Of a stretch of 64,000 bases of DNA, positions 14,601 through 42,725 are shown in pieces (within the stretch, counting starts at the first letter, position 1; each line of letters starts with the position of its first letter). The notes below the pieces were generated by a model. It saw only the letters and a program-made list of their open reading frames with translations, was not told the DNA's origin and did no database searches. The stretch is from positions 4,030,001-4,094,000 of the forward strand of contig MU060887.1 in assembly GCA_013265495.1 (NCBI GenBank). Reading direction: 5' to 3'. The position numbers were made by a program, and so were the translations under genes. Source of the stretch: Vicugna vicugna. Its lineage: Eukaryota.

Positions 14601-17600
14601 TCATTGGCCAGATAGGAAATATTTTAGGGGCCTCTGTCTTCACCCATTCATCTCTGTGAATGGTGCAATCACATAAAGGAATGGACGTGGTCATGTGATA
14701 ATAAAACTTTATTTAGAGACAAGGAAATGTGAATTTCATGTCATTTTTCAAGTGTTGCAAAATCCTAAGTCTTCTTTTGAATTGTTTTCAAGTGTATAAA
14801 GATATAAATACCATTCTTAGCCCACTGGGCTGTAGACAAACAGACCACAGAGCCTTCTGCAGTGAGGGAGAAGCCCTGTTTCCGAGCTGTCCAACACGGC
14901 AGCCGCTGGCCACACTGAGGGCTTGAAATGCGGTTGGTTTGACTGTGGATTTTTCTCTATATTTCATTTCACTTAAAAATATTTAATTTTTAAAATTATG
15001 GTAAAATCCACATAACTTAAAATATATCTTTCACCATTTATTTTAATTGTGCTAAAATATGCATTTAAACCATTTTGAAGTGCACAGTTCAGTGGCATTA
15101 AGCACTCACACTGTCGTGCAACCTTCCCACTGTCCATCTCCAGAACTTTCTCATCTTCCCAAACTAAGACTCTGTCCCCATGAAGCATTCACTCCCCCTT
15201 CCCCTCCCTCAGCCCCTGACACCTACCACNNNNNNNNNNNNNNNNNNNNNNNNNNNNNNNNNNNNNNNNNNNNNNNNNNNNNNNNNNNNNNNNNNNNNNN
15301 NNNNNNNNNNNNNNNNNNNNNNNNNNNNNNNNNNNNNNNNNNNNNNNNNNNNNNNNNNNNNNNNNNGTTTCCTGCATTTTTGGGGCTGAATGATATTCCA
15401 TTGTATGGATGGACCACATTTTATTTATCCATTCACTGGTCAAAGGAAATTTTAAATGTAAATAGCCACATGTGGCTAGGGGCTATTTGATAGGGCAGCC
15501 CAGTCTGAAGGAATGACACAGGAGTCAAGTCTTTTCATTTGAGATGCTTCTGCTGTGGAAGTCCTCACCCTGTTCTGGGCCAGCCTCCACCCTGGTCCCA
15601 GGAAGACCCGTCTCCTTCTCCGTGATCACCCGCTCTCCCCAGGCCCGTCCAGTCAGCCTCCAGACTCTGCCTCCCTAGCTGCTCAGTCTCTGTAGTGACC
15701 TCCCTCCTTTTTCTGTCTGGGCTTGTGGAGAGAGTAACATGAGCTTTGGCTCTCCATGTCCCCGCTTTCTCTTCCATCCTCCCATCGCCTCCAGGGGCTT
15801 CTTACCCACTCACGGGCCCTGGCTCCTCTGTGATGGCCTCCTCTTCAGCTCTGGCCTCTCTCTTTCTCTTCCCTCATCTGCTGCAGAAAATCGATATTCC
15901 CCAGGGTTGCTGGCCGCTAAACAGGTGATTCCTGGGAGGTCGCAAGCTCCCCACCCCATGAATGACCAGTTTCCATCTCCGGTCTTAGGTGTCATTGGTG
16001 TCCTGCAAGAATCAAGTCATCCCCAGCCGCCGACCCATCCCCATTCTCTCCACTGGAAACGTGGGAGCCGCTGTAAACTGCGTGCTCGCCTCCTTCCGCC
16101 AGCAAGTCCTGCTGAGTCTGCCTCCTTCTTCTCCACGTGGCCTTTTCTTCTGTTGAGGCTTTATCACGTTGTGTTGTTTCGGAGTTTTTTTGGCCTGGGT
16201 TTTTGGAAATCCTCCTAAACACAAACTGTGTAGCCCTAAATCCTCCAGTGCCGTTAGGATGAGGGATACCCACTTTGGTATGCTGCATGGATCTAGTTTT
16301 TTAGCTTTGCACCCTGACGATCCCAAGTGCATGAGGTTTCCACTCCTCTGAATGTTCTGCTTCATGGGCATTCATATTTGCTTCTCCCTTTCTCCACGGT
16401 GAACTCCTATTCATGCTTCAAAGCCCAGTTTGGGCATCAATTCCCCAAGAGAAACTTTCTAGGCATTTTCTCCTCAGACTCCCCCATAAGCATTTATAGT
16501 AAGTATCTATGACAGGTGGTACCACGCTATACTGTCATTATTTTAGTGACTTGTTGGTCTCTTCACCTCTCTTCCTCCAGCCTCTACCCCAACTGTGGAC
16601 TCCCTGTAGACCAGCACCTAGCAGCTCAGGACCAAGTTGTTTTTCATAATGTTGACTGAATGAAGGAATGAGGGCAAATATGATGTTTTAATAAAAAGGA
16701 AGGTAACAATACCTAAAATGGTCACTTACCCTAGATACAGGGCTATGTTTTTCTTGCAAGGATGTTTAATCAAGCGAGTTGTCGCAGATGAAAAATACAG
16801 GAGGTCCTAGAGAAAGAGAGTCATAAAACCTTCATCAAATCAGTAGTAATAATTACCTGGCAAAAACCATTTCCTAACGTGCAACACTGAAATTGTAAAT
16901 GTAAAAAAAAAAGAAAATGTAAAAGTGAAATCTAAATTAGGCAGGTGGGTTACATCTAATTTTCCTGTTTTGATGTCATCCCTTGGTCATGTCAGAGGTC
17001 ACCAATGGGGGAAGCTGGGTGAGGGGACCTGGGACATCTCTGCACTGTTTTGCAGCATGCTGTGAATCTATAATTACGTCAAAATTAAAAGTTTAAAGAG
17101 ATTCCCAGGATAATTATACACATCACATCTCATTCTTGTCTCTGTTATGTATTTCCAGGTTATTTGTTATTTGAAAGAGATGCCAGAGGACAAAAATCAT
17201 AAAGCTCGCGTTAGAGACCAGTCACTTGATTTAGAAATGCTGACATCACTTCTGAAATAACGCAACATCAATAGGAAACACATTTGAGATGAAAAAATAG
17301 TTTTTTCTTCTTGTATTTATAGGCACACGTGGGGCAAAAGGAAATTTTCTCCTACACTACGTCATGTAAACAAAGTAAGGGTTTGCTTTCTCTGTCCCTC
17401 TGCATTTAAAACCTTCTATCAGATAGAACGCTAGATAAAAACTCAGGTGAACTGAGTCCTAAACCCAGCGCCCTCTCCTGGCTTTGCTGAGGTTCTGTGA
17501 TCTCTCTCAACCAGTTTTTTAGTGACATGGGAAGATTATCGCCTACTTCAAAAGGCAATGGTAAGGATTAGATTAAGTCATGGTCTATGCCTGCCACAAC

Positions 17601-19579
17601 ACTGACACCCAAGCAAGACTAGAAAAGGTTCCTTGTTATCCAGCAATTAGATGAAAGTCAAGAGTGAATGTTAAATATGGACCCACGTACCCCTTGAATT
17701 TTCTGTCCATCGTGAAATATCTTTCCTGTCCTCACCGTCTGCATGCTAGAGGTAAGAGACGAGAAAGCACCTGTCAATGTTTGTTGAGTATTCCGCAGGA
17801 CTCCTGCCGGGTTGTGTCTGGGTTAACAGTGCAGCATGTTCTTGAAGCTTCTAGACTGACGGGAGCCCCCGGAAAATCTGATGAAAACGTGGTCCCTCCT
17901 TTCCTGAAACAAACTTATTTATGTGCAGAAATGGACATGTTCCCAAGAGCTCTTTAAGGCTCACTTGCAGATCCCAGTTTAGGAAGATTTTCTTTTTTCT
18001 TTTCTTTTTTCCCGATCTTGGTTCTCAGTCTTGGATGTGTGCCAACCCTGGGGGCTTGGTAAACTGTAGATCACTGAGCCCCACTTCTGAGCCTCTGATT
18101 CAGTAGATCCAGGGAACTGCAGTTCTAACAAATTCCCGAGTGATGCTGATGTGGCTGGCCCAGGGCCATGCTTTGAGAACCATTGTGGGCAAAGGGGAGA
18201 ACTGGATGTAACCAGTCTTTTCAGATTTTAAGACATATCCTGCCAGTAAATCTCACTGGAAAACCCTACTCCTGACTCCCCTGTTAAAGGCGAGGGTGTC
18301 TTTAATTTCGATGAGTCTGTTTTCACATTCATCAAGTAAGGTTAAGGAACCACTACACCATGAACCTTGTCCTTAAGATCAAACGAGGCACACCAGAAGC
18401 ACACATTAGCTATTTCATCGGCAAACAGGACCCTGCTCACTCCAGGCAGGACTTCCCTGAGGGCAGGACCTGGGCTTTGGCATCTGCCCAGCCCCCACAG
18501 CACCTCCTGTACACTCTTTACTAATCTAACACTTACTGAAATCTAAAAATTTTCTGCGCAAGGAGTGAATAAGAGAAACACGCTATACACTCATGGAGAG
18601 AATATCCCAGTGACAGCAGGAGACAAGAAAACATTTGTGAAAAGAGTAATGGAAGTTAGTGATGATGGGGAAAAGCAGCTATGGGGAGGAGGGAGGCTTT
18701 AAATAAGGAAGTGTACTATTTCAGCCGGATCTGGGTGATGAGGAAGAAGTAGTGGGGAAAAGCTGGAAGCAAAGTGCTCCAGGAAGGAGTACCAAACGCC
18801 AAGTCTCCCCCCGTTCCCAAGGCTGGCCCGCGTTTGGCATATTCAAGGGACGTGTGGCTGGACCAGTGATTCAGGGGTGGGCAGGGGCCACATCAGTGGT
18901 TGTCACATCCCGAGGGCACCCTTGGCAATACCTAGAGACATGTGATTGATGGGCAGGTCTGCTGAAGGAGATACTACTGGCATCTAATGGGTGGAGGCCA
19001 GGGATACTGCTCCACACTCGATAATATGCAGGATGGCTCCACCCCAGAATGATCTGGCCCCAAATATCAGCAGCGCTAATGACGAACCGTGGGCCAGATC
19101 ATTCGAGGAAATGAAGGCTGCGCAACGGAACTGGGTTTTATTCTGAATGCCACAGAGAACCAGGGGAGGGGAATGACGAGGTCACACTCGTCTATAAACA
19201 GTCCCTCCTGCCAGGATCAACAGGAGGGCACGGACTAGCGTGGTGGAGGTGGCCTGAAAGGATCGGAATCGGGCCAAAGTTTTTAAATGGTGATGAGAGG
19301 ACTTGGTGATGGGCTGCAGGGGTGGGGGGGGGTGAGAGAAAGGGCGGGTATCAAGTTCGCTTCCTAGAAGAGTAAACTTGGAAACCTCAAATGAGGTTGG
19401 GGGGCGGGACGTCTTTCCTGCATCCCACCCAAGCCTCCGCTCAGGGATGAGCCCGCCCGCTCCCCAAACCCTGGGGGCACCCTAGCCACGGGAAAACGGC
19501 CCCACCGGCACAGCGGCTGAGCTCTGGCCAGCGGGCACAGCCGCAAGGTAGTCGCCGCCACCATCACGAACACTAGCAT
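1058..19579 (-). CDS. CATSPERD: Cation channel sperm-associated auxiliary subunit delta (TMEM146); coding exons 1-10, gene continues beyond the left edge
   Basis: Exons (- strand): 19579-19506 (MLVFVMVAATTLRLCPLARAQPLC, signal-peptide-like), 17745-17691 (MQTVRTGKIFHDGQKIQG), 16806-16730 (DLLYFSSATTRLIKHPCKKNIALYLG), 11509-11437 (RQAFLTRDNFESSLLPLSIPAALQ), 10720-10606 (VSTPEVTSAHFAGSVLLLVVNQGVYIYDYEANSWNASK), 8503-8436 (IEHPVSHISGDNCCYSGNSFCA), 7340-7227 (DVSNSVFAYLLGDQISQTNIYFSNTRG...), 4647-4564 (AELVGSLGGIFYFHSLSQVGLLLVNQQK), 2187-2037 (AMFSYSDYPLNLDFGLPFDYNGTLDILIAPGQKG...), 1153-1058 (QLVNPVQVREGQHILYSSISEANISVHSVAA). All introns are GT-AG, the phases match and there are no stops (907 nt). 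Head-to-head with LONP1, as in other mammals. Confidence 0.95.
1330..1423 (-). mobile_element. tRNA-Ala-derived SINE (camelid vic-1-like)
   Basis: Same family: A box TATAGCTCAGTGG, CTTAGCAT loop, B box GGTTCAATCC, A-rich tail. Confidence 0.85.
4110..4470 (+). repeat. Degenerate (GGAT/GGGT/AGAT)n simple repeat
   Basis: About 360 bp of tggatggatgggtaggtggatg-type units in CATSPERD intron 8. Confidence 0.9.
5150..5480 (-). mobile_element. MaLR (MLT1/MST-type) LTR remnant
   Basis: GGGCTGCTGTGACAAAATACCACAGACTGGGTGGCTT...CTCACAGTTCTGGAGGCTGG...GGATTTCAACATA. Boundaries approximate. Confidence 0.7.
5545..5782 (+). mobile_element. MaLR (MLT1-type) LTR 3' part
   Basis: GATGGGATTAGTGCC...GCACCTTGATCTTGAACTTCCCAGAAATAAACATGTGTTG...GTGGCAGCCCGAGC. 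Confidence 0.7.
6510..6900 (-). mobile_element. MaLR (MLT1-type) solo LTR
   Basis: TTTCCTAGGGCTGCTATAACAAAGTACCACA...GGCTTAAAACA...ATCTGCAAAGACCCTGTTTC...GGGGGACAC. Confidence 0.75.
7380..9490 (+). mobile_element. Cluster of old L1 (L1M-type) 3' fragments flanking CATSPERD exon 6
   Basis: L1 3' end hallmarks at ~7380-8210 and ~8915-9490: CACTTCTGGGCATTTATCCCAG, CCACTTCTGGGTATATACCC, ATGGAATATTATGCAGCCTTAAAAAG, GATGAACCTTGAGGACATGATGCTCAGTGAAA. The span includes the exon at 8436-8503, which is not repeat. Confidence 0.7.
9585..9714. other. Assembly gap (130 N)
   Basis: Run of N. Confidence 1.
9775..9975. mobile_element. MER20 (hAT-Charlie) element
   Basis: CAGTGGTTTTTGACTGAGGGGATTTTG...GGGACACTGGGTGATGTCTGGGGACATCTGTGGTTGTCATGACTGGGG. 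Further MER20-like copies at ~8725-8800, ~13345-13480, ~18870-19095 and ~51340-51500. Confidence 0.7.
10521..10600 (+). repeat. Compound (CA)n plus GA-rich microsatellite
   Basis: cacatacacacacacacacacacacacaca followed by gcgagggagggagagagagaggcagagagggagagggagagagggagaga. Confidence 0.95.
11636..11692 (+). repeat. (TCTG)n(TCTA)n tetranucleotide microsatellite
   Basis: tctgtctgtctgtctgtctatctatctatctacctatctatctat. Confidence 0.9.
13520..14270. mobile_element. L2 LINE remnants
   Basis: GGTGGCTTCCCAC...CCTCAGGGCCTTTGCATATGCTGTCCCTGCTTCGAAGAATGCTCTTCCCC. Similar L2-like tracts at ~45380-46000 and ~46400-46700. Confidence 0.55.
14940..15430 (-). mobile_element. L1MB/MC-type 3' end (contains an assembly gap)
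   Basis: CACAGTTCAGTGGCATTAAGCACTCACACTGTCGTGCAACC...TCCAGAACTTTCTCATCTTCCCAAACT...GGCTGAATGATATTCCATTGTATGG. Confidence 0.7.
15230..15366. other. Assembly gap (137 N)
   Basis: Run of N inside an L1 fragment. Confidence 1.
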
Positions 19580-20207
19580 CTCGCTCTGGCCGCCGCCGCC
19601 AACCCACAGCCTCTCAACTGCTGTTACGAGGTCCTTCACAGTCTGGGCATGCGCAAACTGGAGCCTGCGCCTACGCACGTCCGCCACGGAGCCTGGGCAT
19701 GCGCATCTCGTTCCCCGCGAAGCCCGAATCCGTCCAGCTCAACACGCCCCTCCATCGCCTGGGCATGTGCAGACGATCGCCCGTGGGCTGTCTACTTTGA
19801 GCATGCACTTAGCATCTCCCAGGAAGCCCGAATCCGCCAACCAGAGCTTGAGGATGCGCACGCCACCCAAGTGCCTAAGCCCAAGTGTTTGGACCGGTAT
19901 GCCCACATGTTCCCAAAGCTGCGCTTGCAGCCGCAGCTGCTCTCTTTCTAGGGACCGTCGTGCGTGCCCACAGCCTTCCAGGCGCGCTAGCTAGGAGGCC
20001 GGAATAGATGGACGGGACGAAGAAGCCCAAACGCTTTGTTCTTCTCCGTGTAGGCCCCGCCTCCACTCTTCCAAGTCCCGCCCCCGCAGCTGTCCGTTCT
20101 GGGCCACGCCCCCCGCGGGCACCCAGGCACGCGCCCGCTGTCACGTGCGCCCCAGCCTGGCCCGCGGAAGTGACGCAAGTGCCGCGCGCCGCCAGGATGG
20201 CCGGGCC

Positions 20208-39509
<19,302 letters not shown>

Positions 39510-39664
39510 TGGCGGCCCTGGACACTGCTGGCACCGCTGGACCCAGCCTGGGCTGAATCTGTACTGGGGGGCCGAGGCTCCAGGCAGCTGAGCCACAGGA
39601 AACTCAGGAGAAGCCTGGAGTCCAAGACCTCAGTTATGGCTTAATCATCCACTATTTAATTATG

Positions 39665-39670
39665 ATTAAA
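39665..39670 (+). terminator. LONP1 polyadenylation signal (ATTAAA)
   Basis: ATTAAA 155 nt after the LONP1 stop; the first AATAAA/ATTAAA hexamer I saw in the 3' UTR. Confidence 0.7.
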
Positions 39671-39776
39671 AACCATTTCCAGTACTGCAGACTGGCTTCC
39701 TTCTATGCCCACCACCATGCCCCTCAAGTTTCAAAGGACCCCCCTCTTCACCATACCAGCACGTTTCAGAAAAGGT

Positions 39777-39782
39777 TTTATT
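39777..39782 (-). terminator. RPL36 polyadenylation signal (AATAAA)
   Basis: TTTATT on the + strand, 23 nt past the RPL36 stop. Confidence 0.85.
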
Positions 39783-39805
39783 ACACACAGACGCGAGGGA
39801 GGGGC

Positions 39806-41121
<1,316 letters not shown>

Positions 41122-42195
41122 TTACCTCAGCGGGCTCAGGAGTCGGACTGGGTAGGCGTGGCTGTGGCTGCGGTACCTCCCACTGCAGGTGGGTTGAGTT
41201 GGTGGAATCCTACCTCCGCGGCCAGTCGACTGTTCCTGCGCCAGGGACTTCACCTCCCATTACCTGAATTTTTCCATTTATAGGATGATGACAGTAATAG
41301 TACCTATTCCAAGCTATATGAACAAGATATAATGATACCTGGCACAAAATAATACTTCCATAAACCGATGTATCGGTTTTACTATACAGGGAGCCAAGTT
41401 CTGGGCTAGAGCTAAGGAAAGCTTTGTGGTAGAGCGCCCCCTGCTGGCATTTAATATAACTTGATGTAATTTTAGGCGCAGGGATGGGAGGCGTAGTGGA
41501 AACAACAACAAAAAATTGTTTTCTGGTTTTTATCTTTCGATTCTATTTATCTCCAAGAGACAGAATCAATTTCGGGCTGGTCTCTTTGGAGTTAGGCCTT
41601 CTAACACCTGCTGATCTTGGACAGCAGGAGTAGGAGCCTTGGACAGCCAACAGTAGCTAGCATTTTATAACATTGTATTCATTCTAGTTTTTATCTTTAC
41701 AGTTGCTTTTTCTTTACCATTTTAGGGAAAGTGTCCATTTTTAACTCATTAATATAAATATCAGTGATGTGCAGATGCAGCCTACGTGTTGTCTTAAAGA
41801 GGAAGTCTGGTGTCGGAATCCCAGCTTCTGTCATTGACTTCCCCTCTAAGTTTTCTTATCCATAAAATTGTAACAATGGTAGCACAAACTTCCAGTTGTG
41901 AAGATGCCAAGAGGTCATGAATGCCAAGTGCTTAGTGCCTGATGCAAGTTATCATTATTGGTGCATAAACCACATACTTTGTGCTGCCAATAAAGCCTTT
42001 AACCCACAATCAGTTACCCTTCCTTCTATCCGACTTCTTGGGTGAGGTGTAGCTGTCTCTCAGCCTGTTTCTCCACCTGTGAAATGAAGTTAAGAGCTCT
42101 GGAGCCGGTACACACATTCCTCTTAACTCGTCTGCCACCAGCAAGTTGGAAGGACCAAGGAATTTGAACAATAGATGCGCAAAGGAAGAAAGATT

Positions 42196-42201
42196 TTTAT
42201 T
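42196..42201 (-). terminator. Candidate HSD11B1L polyadenylation signal (AATAAA)
   Basis: TTTATT on the + strand, ~525 nt downstream of the HSD11B1L stop. Confidence 0.45.
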
Positions 42202-42725
42202 ATCAAACAGAGGCTGGATCTAGCCCAGAACACGTTCTTTTCCTCCTCCTCATTCTCAGACCCCACGGTCAAATCGACAGCTTGAAGGGCTCCCTCGCTC
42301 CGGCAAGGGTTGGAGGATGCTCCGAGTCTGAGCAAAACAAACAAATCAGGGACGTGGTGGTTTCAGGTTGGAGACTAAGAGGGTTCCCAGGGTGGCTCCG
42401 TGGTGTTGTGACCTGTTTGATGTGGCCAGGAACCTGGGACACTGCCTCTCTGAGTCTCAGTTTTTTCATCTGCAAAATGGAAGCAGCAATCATATCTTCA
42501 GTGACAGTTGAGAAGACTGGGGTGTTGCCTTCCAAGTTCCTGGTAAGATGCCTGGCAAGCTGTCGACAGTTGCACACGGAGTTCTGATTGTTTTCAGGTG
42601 CTGGTAGTTTCTCTCGGTTTTACTTTTCTGTCTTGATGACTTTCTCCTGGACCTCCGCCACTCTCTCAGAGGTGTCTTGGTGTGTGTCCTGGCTCCAGGA
42701 TAGTTAGCTGGAAAGTCTTCTGAGC

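Noticed and set aside
19580-19687. In-frame GTG-initiated N-terminal extension of CATSPERD suggested by the ORF track
   Set aside because: Non-AUG start in a CpG island. An extension would displace the signal peptide that begins at the ATG at 19579, and there is no other support.
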